Counted from the stretch's first letter, positions 28,401-43,400 are shown. The stretch is DNA of 64,000 nucleotides from Eledone cirrhosa (GCA_964016885.1 OZ024765.1:13578001-13642000), one strand, 5' to 3'. Numbers and translations are program-made. Notes: generated by a model not told the origin, from the letters alone.

Positions 28401-31400
28401 ATATAATTTAAAACGGTTATTATATAATTTAAAACAGTTATTATATAATGTAAACAGTTATCACATAATGTAAGAGTTATTGTATAATGCAAAGCATTTA
28501 TTATATAATGTAAAACAGCTATTATATAAGAAACATTGTTATTATATAATATAGAACAGCTATTATATATTGTAAAACAGCTGTTATATAGTGTAAAACA
28601 GCTATTATATAACCCCAAACAGTTATTACATATCGCAAACAACTATTATATAACATGAACAGTTATTATATAATGTAAAGCAGTTATTATATGTTGTAAA
28701 ACAGCCATTATATAATGTAAAACAGTTATCATATAATGTAAAACAGTTATCATATAATGCAAAACAGTTATTATATAATGTAAAACAGTTATATACCATG
28801 TAAAACAGTTATATATAATGCAAAATAGTTATTATATAATGTAAAACAGCTTTTATATAATGTGAAACAGCTATTATATAATGTAAAATAGCTATTATAT
28901 AATGTAAATCGGCTATTATATAATGTAAACAGCTATTATATAATGTAAAACAGCTATTATATAATGTAAAACAGCTATTATATAATGTAAAACAGCTATT
29001 ATATAATGTAAACAATTATTATATATGGTAAACAGTTATTATATAATGTAAACAGCCCTTATATAATGTAGAAACATTTATTATATAATGTAAACAGCCC
29101 ATATATAATGTAAACAGCTATTATATAATGTAAAACTGTTATTATATAATGTAGTATTTCCAAACCTAGAGCTGGCACTGTTGTTGGGTGGCCTGGAAAG
29201 ATAAAATGTGATTTGTTAAAAGTAATACCTCACACCTCACAACAGTGAATCACTGTTGTTGTTACAACAAACACTAACAACACACAACAGTGAAACAGTT
29301 ATTGTTATACACCAGAGACATGCAACAGGTAGCCCGCAGGCCACAATCCGACCCGCCAGACCAGTCAGAGTGGCCTCGATGACCGTTTTTAATTTTTACC
29401 TTGTAGGCTTATTTAGGGTTTTTTTCATAACCGTAATAGAATTTTCTGTTAGTTGACCTATACTAAAGGGCTTCACTGATATGGTTATGTGTGTTATAGT
29501 TTCCCAGTTCCATGTTATGGAAAGAAATTGTGGTGAATCTTTGGAATAGTGTTTAATAAATATTAATGGCCCTAATAGTTGTTCCAATGTTTAAAAGTGG
29601 CCCACCAATGGAATATGTTGCACACCCCTGTTATAGACTATAGATATCCATATGTATGTTTGGCTGTGTGTATGTATAATTTCCCAGTTCCATGTTATGG
29701 AAAGAAGTTGTGGTGAATCTTTGGAATAGTGCTTATCATCATCATCATCTTCATTTAATGTCCAACTTCCACGCTAGCATGGGTTAGATGGTTTTATTCC
29801 ATTGGATGCAGGAATGGTCGGGAAACTGTGTCTCGCTCGTACGGAAGAGTCTCTGGCAGGTTCTCTACAGCTGGATGCCCTTCCTAACACCAATCAAATT
29901 TACAGTGTAGACTGGGAGTCTTTTTACTGAGTCTCCTACATGACCACTTTACAGTGTGGACTGGGAGCCTTTTTACCGTGTCTCCTACACGACCACCTTA
30001 CAGTGTGGACTGGGAGCCTTTTTACCATGTCTCCTACATGACCACCTTACAGTGTGGACTGGGAGCCTTTTCACCATGTCTCCTACATGACCAGCTTACA
30101 GTGTGGACTGGGAGCCATTTTACCGTGTCTCCTACATGACCACTTTACAGTGTAGAATGGGAGCCTTTTTACCGTGTCTCCTACACGACCAGCTTACAGT
30201 GTGGACTGGGAGCCTTTTTACCATGTCTCCTACACGACCACCTTACAGTGTGGACTGGGAGCCTTTTTACCGTGTCTCCTACATTACCACCTTATAGTAT
30301 AGACTGGGAGCCTTTTTACCATGTCTCCTACATGACCACCTTACAGTGTGGACTGGGAGCCATTTTACCGTGTCTCCTACATGACCACTTTACAGTGTAG
30401 ACTGGGAGCCTTTTTACCGTGTCTCCTACACGACTACCTTACAGTATAGACTGGGAGCCTTTTTACCATGTCTCCTACATGACCACCTTACAGTGTGGAC
30501 TGGGAGCCATTTTACCGTGTCTCCTACATGACCACTTTACAGTGTAGACTGGGAGCCTTTTTACCGTGTCTCCTACACGACCACCTTACAGTGTGGACTG
30601 GGAGCCTTTTTACCATGTCTCCTACATTACCACCTTACAGTATAGACTGGGAGCCTTTTTACCATGTCTCCTACATGACCACCTTACAGTGTGGACTGGG
30701 AGCCATTTTACCGTGTCTCCTACATGACCACTTTACAGTGTGGACTGGGAGCCTTTTTACCGTGTCTCCTACACAACCACCTTACAGTGTGGACTGGGAG
30801 CCTTTTCACCATGTCTCCTACATGACCACCTTACAGTGTGAACTGGGAGCCATTTTACCGTGTCTCCTACATGACCACTTTACCGTGTAGACTGGGAGCC
30901 TTTTTACCGTATCTCCTACATGACCACTTTACAGTGTAGACTGGGAGCCTTTTTACCATGTCTCCTACACGACCACCTTACAGTATAGACTGGGAGCCTT
31001 TTTACCATGTCTCCTACATGACCACCTTACAGTATAGACTGGGAGCCATTTTATCGTGTCTCCTACATGACCACTTTACAGTGTAGACTGGGAGCCTTTT
31101 TACCGTGTCTCCTACACGAACACCTTACAGTGTGGACTGGGAGCCTTTTTACCGTGTCTCCTACATTACCACCTTACAGTGTAGACTGGGAGCCTTTTTA
31201 CCGTATCTCCTACATGACCACTTTACAGTGTAGACTGGGAGCCTTTTTACCATGTCTCCTACACGACCACCTTACAGTATAGACTGGGAGCCTTTTTACC
31301 ATGTCTCCTACATGACCACCTTACAGTATAGACTGGGAGCCATTTTATCGTGTCTCCTACATGACCACTTTACAGTGTAGACTGGGAGCCTTTTTACCGT

Positions 31401-34400
31401 GTCTCCTACACGAACACCTTACAGTGTGGACTGGGAGCCTTTTTACCGTGTCTCCTACATTACCACCTTACAGTGTAGACTGGGAGCCTTTTTACCGTGT
31501 CTCCTACACGACCACCTTACAGTGTGGACTGGGAGCCTTTTTACCGTGTCTCCTACATTACCACCTTACAGTATAGACTGGGAGCCTTTTTACCGTGTCT
31601 TCTACACGACCACCTTACAGTGTGGACTGGGTGTTTAATAAATATTAATGGCCCTAATAATTGTTCCATCAGTGTCTTTGTTAAATCTATCTTTTTGTGG
31701 CATAATGGCTGGATGACTTTACAGAGTGTATGGGTGTATTCTAGTGAAAATAATTGTTACATACTGGTTGTCACACCACCAACAGTCACTGAAAATTGGA
31801 GACGTATACATATATATAAAATATATATATATATATAAGTATTCATATTTATAAGATAGAGTACATCATCATCATTGTCACCATCACCACCATTGCAACT
31901 ATCACCGCCACCACCACCCCAACCATCATCATCATAGTCATCACTACCACCACCACCATCTTCAAGATCATCATCATCATTATCACCACCACCACCACCA
32001 CCAACAACAACAACACCATCCACCACCACCACTAACACCATCACCACCACCACTACCAACACCTACACCTCCATCATCATCCCCACCACCACCACCACCA
32101 CCACCAGCACTAACACCACCACCACCACCACCACCAGCACTAACGTACGTAAAGGGCCGTAACTCTATTCTGCAAGGCATGATAGTAATAATAATGATTT
32201 TAAGTATAGGCACAAGGCCAGTTATTTGGAAGGAGGGGAAAGTTGATTAAAACGACCTCAGTACATTACTGGTACTTTATTTTATCGACCCCGTAAGGAT
32301 GAAAACCAAAGTTAACCTCGGCGGGATTTGAATGCAGAACGTATAGGGCCATAACTCTATGCTGTGAAGCAAGTCTGACGCTCTACCGATTCTGCCAATC
32401 CACCACCCTGTTAATAATCATCATTTCCACTTTAGTCACAAGGCCAGAAATTTGGGGAGAGGAGAAGTCTATTAAATCAACCCCACTGCATTACTGGTAC
32501 TTTATTTTATCAACCCTGTAAGGATGAAAAGCAAAGTTAATTTTGGTGGGATTTGAACTCAAAACGTAAAGGGCCGTAACTCTATGCTAAACCTGTGTAT
32601 GTGGGTGAGTAACTTGGAATCGTGATAGGAGATACTGAAATATAGAACATCACCATCATCATCATCACAATCAATATTACAATCATTGTAATCTTCACCA
32701 TTACCACCACCACTACTACCACTGCCATCGCATCCACCACCACCACCACCACCACCACCACCACCACCACCACCATCATCATCATCACAATCAATATTAC
32801 AATCATTGTAATCTTCACCATCACTACCATCACAATCACAATCATCATCACCACCACCACCACCACCACCATCATCATAATCACCACTATCACCACCACC
32901 TCCACCATCACAATCACCAACACCACCATTATCACCATCACCAACCACCACCACCTCCATCACAATCACCATTATCACCACCACTATCACTAGAATCATC
33001 ACCACCATCACCACCATCACAATCTCCAACACCACCACCACCATCATAATCACCATTATCACCACCACCACCAACACCACCACCACCAATAGCACCACCA
33101 CCACTACCATCACAATTGCCACCACCACCACTACCATCACAATCACCATCAACGTTAACACCACCATCACAATTTCCACCTCCACCACCTTCACAATCAA
33201 CACTTTCTGTTCAAACCAGCTGTAACTGGCCGCTCATACTGATGTTAAGGTATTGTTCTCAAAATAAATAATACCAAAATCTCAGATTTAATATTATGTG
33301 AGATATTATGTGAGGTAAAGCTTTTACTGAGAAAATACAATAGTATATATAGAGTAATGTAAATGTTATGTGAGATATTATGTGAGGTAAAGCCTTTACT
33401 GTGAAAATACAATAGTATATATATAGAGTAATGTAAATGTTATGTGAGATATTATGTGAGGTAAAGCCTTTACTGTGAAAATACAATAGTATATATAGAG
33501 TAATGTAAATGTTATGTGAGATATTATGTGAGGTAAAGCCTTTACTGTGAAAATACAATAGTATATATAGAGTAATGTAAATGTTATGTGAGATATTATG
33601 TGAGGTAAAGCCTTTACTGTGAAAATACAATAGTATATATAGAGTAATGTAAATGTTATGTGAGATATTATGTGAGGTAAAGCCTTTACTGTGAAAATAC
33701 AATAGTATATATAGAGTAATGTAAATGGTATGTGAGGTAAAGCCTTTACTGTGAAAATATAATGATTTGAAATCAGAACGTAATGGGCTGTAACTCTATG
33801 CTGCAAAGCATGGTAGTAATGACAATAATAATGGTTTCTTATAAAAGCACAAGTCCAGCAATTTTGCAGAGAGGGAAATTCAATTAAATCACCCCCAGTG
33901 CGTGACTGGTACTATATTTTATCGACCCAATAAGGATGAAGGGCAAAGTTAATCTCGGTGGAATTTAAACTCAGAGAGAGCGTAAAGGGCCGCAACTCTA
34001 TGTCAGAAAGCATGGTAGTAGTAATAAAAATAATCACAAACCTGTAGGTGTGTAACTTGGAGTCGTGATAGTAGATACTGAAATATAGAAACAGATAACT
34101 TGAAATATAGATCATCATCATCATCACCATCACAATCACCACCACCGCCACTGCCATCACAAGCACTACCACCACCATCACCATCACAATCACCACCACC
34201 ATAATCCTAATCACCAACATCACCACCACATCCACCATCACAATCACCACCAACACCAATACCATCACCACCACCAACACCAACATCACCACCACATCCA
34301 CCATCACAATCACCACCAACACCAATACCATCACCACTACCAACACCAACACCACCACCACCATCACCACAGCCACCACCTTCACAATCACCACCCGATA

Positions 34401-37400
34401 TTAAGTGAGGTAAAGCCTTTACTGTGAAAATACAATAGTATATATAGAGTAATGTAAATGTTATGTGAGATATTATGTGAGGTAAAGCCTTTACTGTGAA
34501 AATACAATAGTATATATAGAGTAATGTAAATGTTATGTGAGATATTATGTGAGGTAAAGCCTTTACTGTGAAAATATGATTTGAAATCAGAACGTAATGG
34601 GCTGTAACTCTATGCTGCAAAGCATGGTAGCAATGACAATAATAATGGTTTCTTATAAAAGCAAAAGTCCAGCAATTTTGGTGAGAGGGAAATTCAACTA
34701 AACCACCCCCAGTGCATGACTGGTACTTTATTTTATCGACCCAATAAGGATGAAAGGCAAATGTTAATCTCGGTGGGATTTAAACCAAGAGAGAGCGTAA
34801 AGGGCCGTAACACTATGCTGGAAAGCATGGTAGTAGTAGTAATAATAATAATCACAAACCTGTAGGTGTGTAACTTGGAGTCGTGATAGATACTGAAATA
34901 TAGAAACAGATAACTTGAAATATAGATCATCATCATCATCCTCATCACCGCCACCACAATCTCCACCACCATCATCACCACCACCATCATCACCATCACC
35001 ACCAGCATCACCACCACAAACATCACCACAATCACCATCACCACCAACACCACCACCACCACCCCACCATCACAATCACCACCACCATCATCATAATCAC
35101 CACCATCACAATCACCACCACCACTACCATCACCGCCACCACCAACATCACCACTGCCACCACCATCATCATAATCACGACCATCAGCACCACCACCATC
35201 ACAACTACTGCCATAATTACCACCAACACCACCATCACAACCACCTCCACCACCACCACCACCAGCATCACAATCACCACCACCTCCACCATCACAATCA
35301 TCACCACCACTACGATCACCACCATCACAATCTCCACCACCACCATCACCACCACCACTACCATCACAATCACCATCAACATTACCACCGCCATCACAAT
35401 CTCCACTTCCATCACCATTGCAATCCCCTCTTTCTGTTCAAACCAGTTGTAACTGGTCGCTGATACTGATGTTAAGGTATTGTTCTCAAAATAAATAATA
35501 TCAAAATCTCATAGATTCAATATTATGTGAGATAATTATGTGAGATAAAGTCTTTACTGTGAAAATACAATAGTATATATAGAGTAATGTAACTGTTATG
35601 TGAGATATTATGTGAGGTAAAGCCTTTTCTGTGAAAATACAATAGTATATATAGAGTAATGTAAATATTATGTGAGATATTATGTGAGGTAAAGTCTTTA
35701 CTGTGAAAATACAATAGTATATATAGAGTAATGTAAATGTTATGTGAGATATTATGTGAGGTAAAGTTTTACTGTGAAAATACAATAGTATATATAGAGT
35801 AATGTAAATATTATGTGAGGTATTATGTGAGGTAAAGCCTTTACTGTGAAAATATAATAGTATATATAGAGTAATGTAAATGTTATGTGAGATATTCTGT
35901 GAGGTAAAGCCTTTACTCTGAAAATACAATAGTATATATAGAGTAATGTAAATGTTATGTGAGATATTATGTGAGGTAAAGCCTTTACTGTGAAAATACA
36001 ATAGTATATATCGATTAATGTAAATATTATGTGAGGTAATTATGTGAGGTAAAGTCTTTACTGTGAAAATATGATTTGAAATCAGAACGTTATGGGCTGT
36101 AACTCTATGCTGCAAAACATGGTAGCAATGACAATAATAATGGTTTCTTATAAAAGCACAAGTCCAGCAATTTTGGGGAGAGGGAAATTCAACTAAATCA
36201 CCCCCAGTGCGTGACAGGTACTTTATTTTATCGACCCAATAAGGATGAAAGGCAAATGTTAATCTCGGTGGGATTTAAACCCAGAGAGAGCGTAAAAGGC
36301 CGTAACTCTATGCTGGAAAGCATGGTAGTAGTAGTAATAATAATAATCACAAACCTGTAGGTGTGTAACTTGGAGTCGTGATAGCAGATACTGAAATAAT
36401 GAAATAGATAACTTGAAATATAGATCATCATCATCATCATCACAATCTCCACCACCATCATCACCACCACCATCATCACCAACATCACCATCACCACCAC
36501 AAACATCACCACAATCACCACCACCACCACAATCACCACCACCATCATCATAATCACCACCATCGCAATCACCACCACCACTACCAACATCACCACCGCC
36601 ACCACCATCACCATCAGCACCACCACCACCCCACCATCACAATCACCACCACCATCATCATAATCACCACCATCACAATCACCACCACCACTACCACCAC
36701 CACCACCACCATCACCACCGCCACCACCATCATCATAATCACCACCATCAGCACCACCACCATCACCACCACCACAACTACTGCCATAATTACCACCAAC
36801 ACCACCGCAACAACCATCACCACCATCACAACCACCTCCACCACCACCTCCACCATCACAATCATCACCACCACTACCATCACCACCATCACAATCTCCA
36901 CCACCACCATCACCACCACCACCACCATTACCATCAACATTACCACCGCCATCACCATCTCCACTTCCATCACCATTGCAATCCCCTCTTTCTGTTCAAA
37001 CCAGTTGTAACTGGTCGCTGATACTGATGTTAAGGTATTGTTCTCAAAATAAATAATATCAAAATCTCATAGATTCAATATTATGTGAGATAATTATGTG
37101 AGATAAAGTCTTTACTGTGAAAATACAATAGTATATATAGAGTAATGTAACTGTTATGTGAGATATTATGTGAGGTAAAGCCTTTACTGTGAAAATACAA
37201 TAGTATATATAGAGTAATGTAAATGTTATGTGATATATTATGTGGGGTAAAACCTTTACTGTGAAAATACAATAGTATATATAGAGTGGTTTCTTTATTT
37301 GCCACTAGGGCACAAAAGGTAGGGACAGATACAAGGGGGGAAGTTTACATATAATTAACGAGTACAAAAATATAACAATGAAATAACAACAACAAACGAA

Positions 37401-40400
37401 GTCCTCAATAGGGAGGGGGCATTAACATGGGTCGCACACACCCCGGAAAAAATGTGTAACCCTTCTCCTCAGGAGCACAAAGAGTAGGTGCTTCCCTCGT
37501 CTCCGCTTTTTCCTCTTCTTTCACCTACAGGCTGATATAGAGAGAAGACCCATTCACTCTGGCCATTCTCCCTACTTTCACCCACCTTTCATAAAACTTG
37601 CTGGGGTAGAGCACCTCTCTCTCCATTCTGATCCTTCTTTTAAAATGGTATTTGAAAAAGGGGACCAGTTGTTGGCCGGAGAGAAAGGTGTCTGACCTCA
37701 GCCCTTTCAGCCTCGTCCACCATACAACTTCTTTAGCCATGGCTACCACACAGAGAAAAACCGCCTCTCCTTCGTTTTTGAAAGGGGGAGGCGGTTTGAT
37801 CGTGACAATGGACTCGGTGGTCAACCGGATTGGTCCCACCCTCGACAGTAGTCGTTCCACATAGCCCCACAGGTCAGCAATGCCTGGGCAGTGTACGAAT
37901 GCGTGCGCAACGGTTTCGTCATCATGCACGCATCTCGGACAGATCTTATTCAAAGGATCTCTACCCAGGCTCCCATGTCTGTGGAGCTTGTCTCGAACGG
38001 GTAGAGCCCCTCGGTAGCACTGCCAAGCCAGGGACTTTTGGAAGTTGTCCATCGGTCCAGGGCCAAACGTCCTACCGAACAGACTGGCCAGTTCATCTTC
38101 CTCCATGCCTAGAGCTTCTCCGAGAGCATCGTCGCACCTGCTGCGTACCAACCCTCTATAGAATGTCGAGGTGGAGTCTCCACTGATTGCCGGGTCCGCT
38201 TTCCAGAGGGCCGTGAGCGCCTGGGCACATTCAATGTGCCAGTCGCCCACTTTTCTCGGTCTTTGCTTGACCCAGGATTGCAGCTCGGTGAGCGAGACGA
38301 GTCTGGGAAAGGCTCGCCTCACAAACGGGGCCCACACCGGTTGACCGGTGAGGAATACCTGGAGGTGCCGTAGCCTTAATGCGTGTTTACGCATCTGTAG
38401 CCACGGCATCCCCAGCCCTCCTTTCGAAGGGTGTTGACAGCAGATGGATCTCCTCACCAAAGGGGTCCGCTTGTTCCAAAGAAATTGGAACAGCGCGCAC
38501 TCCATTTTGGCGAGTCTTTTCACTGGGCAAGGCACGACGGTCAAGCGGTAGTAGATGACGGATGCTATATAAGTATTCGCCACCTCCGCTCGACCTTTCA
38601 GGGATAGTTTGCACTGGGCCCACTTCTGGGTGAGTGCAAACACCCTGGCCGTTACCTCGTTCCAGTTTTTCTCCACCTGGAGGTCTGGTCCGAACCAGAC
38701 CCCAAGCAGCTTCACCGGGCCCTCCGTCCAGCGTCCGACGACGTCGTTGGAGGGCATCGGTTTGCCTCTCCATGTTCCGAGTTGCAAACCGACGGACTTG
38801 TCCCGGTTCAGCTTGGCTCCTGTAAACCTTTCATATTCCTCCAGTAAGGTGCCGATCTCACCGATTTGCGAGGTTTTCGACACCATTACTGTCACGTCAT
38901 CGGCGTAGGCCGACGCCGCTTTCTGCAATCCCGGTTCCAAAGGGATGCCCTGCAACCGCTCCAACTTCCGCAGTAGTGGCTCAAGAGCCAGCACATACAG
39001 TAGGGAGGAGAGAGGGCATCCCTGTCGGATGGATCGCATGATTTGGAACGGCTCCGAGAGGTGGCCGTTCACCTTGACCCTTGAGCAGACGTTGCTGCTG
39101 TGCATCGCAGCAATCCAACCCCTGAAAACGGGTCCGAAGCCTGCCGCCGCGAGCACCGCATCCAGGTAACGATGGTCAACCCTATCGAAAGCTTTAGATT
39201 GATCCAAGTTGATCAGGGCCCCACCAAAGCCGGGTTCATTCCCTACCCTCTCTATGATGTATCGCATAAGGTGGAGATTGTCGTGAATGGACCTGGACGG
39301 GATTGCGCACGTCTGCGCTTCTCCCACCAGGTTTCCAACGACAAGCGCCAACCTCTTCGCTAACACCTTGGCCAAAATCTTTAACTCTGTATTTAGCAGA
39401 GTTATGGGCCTGAAGTTACTTATGTCATCCCCCTTGTTCTCATCCTTCCTCACCAGCGTAACTACGCCCTTGGTCACAGAACTGGGAATTCTCCCGTTCT
39501 GCTGCCAGTTGCAGTAGACCGCTTCGAGGATATCGGAGAACAAGTCTGGCATCGCTACATATAGCTCGTATGGTAGACCATCGAGACCCGGGGATTTGCG
39601 TTTGCCGCATTGGCTCAGCGCCGCCCCTATCTCAGCAGCTGAAATCGTCCTTTCGCAGGACTTCGCCTCCGCGTCCGAGAGGCGCGGCAGACCGTCGAGG
39701 TATGGATTGAAATCCATAGTCTCACCCGGCGCGCCGCCCCTCTCGAACAGTCGTGCAAAGTGCCGCTGAAAGGCCGCACACATCTGCCCAGGTTCAAGGA
39801 TCACACGCCCATCCTGGTCCTTCAAAGACCGAATCGTGGACTTGTTCCCACTTTTTGCCTCTATCACTCGGGCCCAGCTTACAGCTTTGGCTCCCTCATT
39901 ACCCAGAGCACGTATTTTACTCCTGACAACGCAGCCTTCATGCTTCACCTCAAAGAACTGGTCTAAGGCCATTCTTGATGCCAGCACGCCGGCTACATTG
40001 CCACTCCTAATCGCCTCTTCTACTCTATCTACTAATTCCCTTTCCGTCTTGTTCCTATCCCTTGCTAATTCCTGACTAAAACCTATCGATTCTATTCTAA
40101 TTGCTCTCTTAAGAGAGCTCCACCACCTGTTGTTGACAATTGCCCCTGTCAAATTCTGCTTAACTAACGTGCTAATCCGTTTACTGTAAGCTTTGCTTCT
40201 CGGTAAGGACAAGTTCAGCTTCCAGTAACCGGGTCCCTGTCTATGGGTTCTATCAAGGTTGGCTATGCAGGTCACTAACTTGTGATCCGAATAGTCAACC
40301 ATGAACATTTTTGGACAGCTAAATGTGTCCCTATCGTTCTCTCTAACTAGGACCCTATCTAGGTACGACCTAGATGTTCCACTGCGATTGGTCCACGTCC

Positions 40401-43400
40401 ATAGTGGTACAGTCGGAAAATCTAGTCGATATCTATCGGCCAGGTCAAATCGGCCGATTAACCTTTTGAGGCTTTTACATCCCCCTCTATTGGCACATGC
40501 CCCTACATAGTCCCAACGTGCATCCAGGATACCATTCCAGTCCCCCACTAAAAGCAAGGAGCGGGACGTTCCCAGAAAAGTTTCCAGACGTTGGAAGTAT
40601 TCCGGCCGCGCTGCCCAAAAAGGGGCGTACACAGCTATTAGTCTAAGGGCTCCACTTTCACTACTGCCGACGTCTAAAACCACCAGTCGACCCTCCGGGT
40701 CCAGGTGCACCTTCTGTATGGCGAGGCCCAGGTGTTTTCGCAGCAGAACGACAACTCCACCCCCACCCCCCGGTTGACAGAGAGATGCGAAGATCTCAAA
40801 GTCGTCGAAGAGAGGCGCGAGTTGGTGCTCGCTGCTGATCCTGGACTCGCAAATAGCCATTACATCAATTCTATGTGACCTGAGATCGTTTAAAAGTTTG
40901 CCTTGTTTCCAAGACAGTCCCAGGCCACGTACATTCAGAAACCCAACTCTTATATCAGCCATGTTGGTTAAAAGAGGAAGGACCTACCTGTTCGGCTCCT
41001 GAGGAGCAGGTTGCACAATATCCATGGGCGTATTGGAGGGGTTGTTTGGTGGGGTGTTGTTCTGTGGTGGAGTGGGGGTGTTTGGTGAGGTGTGGGTGGG
41101 GAAACGTTTCAAGAGGACGCGGTTATAGGGTCGAGTACATGTTTTCCCCACGTCCTCAGGAAAGTTCTCTCTTAGTTTTGCATAGGTGTCCATTGGGAGT
41201 CTTATCATTTTTAAATGCGGTTTGTTGGCCGCGCTTGCAAAGAATTGCCCTTCAGTTTCCACCAAAGGGTCTTTGTGTATTGTTTTTACTAGTTCTTTGT
41301 TATTTGTGTTAATGTATGTATACTGTTTTATTTGTGTTGTGTTTGTTTGTTGTTCTTGTGTGTGCTTACGTTTTGTTGTATGTGTTATGTTTTGGGGTGG
41401 GGCGGATTTTGTTTGTTCTGTTTGTTTTGTTTTTGTTGGTGGTTGTGTGTTTGTTTCGTTTATGTTCGAGTGGTGCTTTCTTTTTTTCCTTTTTACAGGT
41501 TGGAAGGGTTCCCCCTCTTCGTCACTAGGTGCCGTTTCCGCTGGGTCCTCGTCCGTGCTGTCGGGTAGTGGTGTATTTTGGGGTTTTGTTGTATTTGTGT
41601 GTGTTTTGGGAGTTGTTTTGGGTGGGGCCGTGTCTTGTGTTATTTTTCCCTGTTGTTTTTGTTGTTGTTGTGGTGGTGGTGGTGGAGGTGGTGGTGGTGG
41701 TGGTGGTGGCGGTGGTGGTGTGTGGGGTGTAGGCAAAAGAGCCTTTTTTTTGTCAATTGAGGACAAGCAGCCCTTAGATGACCCCTGCTTGAACAGTAGT
41801 AACATATGGGCCTCCTACCCTCGGCTGAAATATATATAAATGTTTCTCCATCGAGGGACACCCTCTGTGGTATTCTAGCGATTCGTTCTGGTCTCATTTG
41901 GACCAGAACCTCCACGCTCAAACCGCCGAAAACGTCTGTGGTGACTTCTCCTACTGAGAGGATTCCGTCCTCGTCTTCTAAAAATCCTGTTAGTACCCAG
42001 GAAATGCATGCATTTGGCCGGATTCCGGAGACCCTTATCTTCTGCGTTCTTTTCCCTAAATATGTGGGGAAAAATGTATATATCTTGGAAACAATTGGTG
42101 CCACAGAGTATTTCCTGGCCGTCAATTGATCCTTCATTAGGACCGTTATATTCCCATAGAGTGGCCCTTTTTGTATGAACGATATATCACTCCACACATT
42201 TTTTAGGACCAGCTCAATCTCTTTTTGGGATAATTGAGTTGGTTTCCTTGTTATGTTGGAAATTGTTCTGAAAGATATCGTTCTTAGCGTCGTGTCTCTT
42301 TTGATTTCTTGTGGGGAGGTGATTGTGAAGTCTCCTCCTTCTTTGAAAGTTACATACTGTTTCGCTTCCTTCATCTTTTCTCTCAGAGTTGTAATGTCCA
42401 GTTGCTTGCAGGTTTGTGTTTTCCGGACCGCCTGTGCAAAGGAGGTACCAGTAGTGGGTTCACTTTGTTTGGTGTTATCGTTATTTTTTCCTTGGTTGGT
42501 GTTGTGACTATTGCTGTTATTGTCGTTGATGTTTTTGTCTGCGTTTATGTGACTTTCTGGGTTTTCACCCATTTCTACAAATTTTTCTTTTAATTCCGTG
42601 TTCCATGTTTCTTTTGCAGAAGTGAGGAGGGAAGACTTAGAGCCTTGTGCTTCTAGCTTCTCTGTATCACCTTTCTTAGGGGGCGTGGCTTTCACGTTAG
42701 GATGAGATGTGAAAATTCCGTCCATTTCTATTAGTTTGCCGTAATAAATTTTTAACTGGAAAATTCGCCCCAAAAAGGGGCGAAAATAAATAAACTCAAA
42801 GTTTGACGACCAAGGCAAGGGGTTAACGTATATTACAGTATAAAAAAATTAATCAAAACTCACTTTTTGAGTAAGTAAATCCGACTCGGTAGCCGAGCTT
42901 GTTCACACACGTCAACACACGTCTCTCGTATACGAGATGTTATGTGAGATATTATGTGAGGTAAAACCTTTACTGTGACAATACAATAGTATATATAGAG
43001 TAATGTAAATGTTATGTGAGATATTATGTGGGGTAAAACCTTTACTGTGACAATACAATAGTATATATAGAGTAATGTAAATGTTATGTGAGATATTCTG
43101 TGAGGTAAAGCCTTTACTGTGAAAATACAATAGTATATATAGAGTAATGTAAATGTTATGTGATATATTATGTGGGGTAAAACCTTTACTGTGAAAATAC
43201 AATAGTATATATAGAGTAATGTAAATGTTATGTGAGATAGTCTGTGAGGTAAAGCCTTTACTGTGAAAATACAATAGTATATATAGAGTAATGTAAATGT
43301 TATGTGAGATAGTATGTGAGGTAAAGCCTTTACTGTGAAAATATAATGATTTGAAATCAGAACGTTATGGGCTGTAACTCTATGCTGCAAAACATGGTAG

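Larger units (their letters stand above)
37288..42936 (-). mobile_element. Full-length Tx1/L1-clade non-LTR retrotransposon (about 5.65 kb) inserted in the 72-bp minisatellite
   Basis: 5'UTR, ORF1 with zinc knuckle, 21-nt spacer, intact ORF2, then a 3'UTR ending AATAAAGAAACC. Satellite sequence resumes on both sides. Confidence 0.95.

Noticed and set aside
37652-42593. Plus-strand ORFs overlapping the LINE
   Set aside because: Antisense shadows of the GC-richer ORF1/ORF2 with no recognisable motifs.
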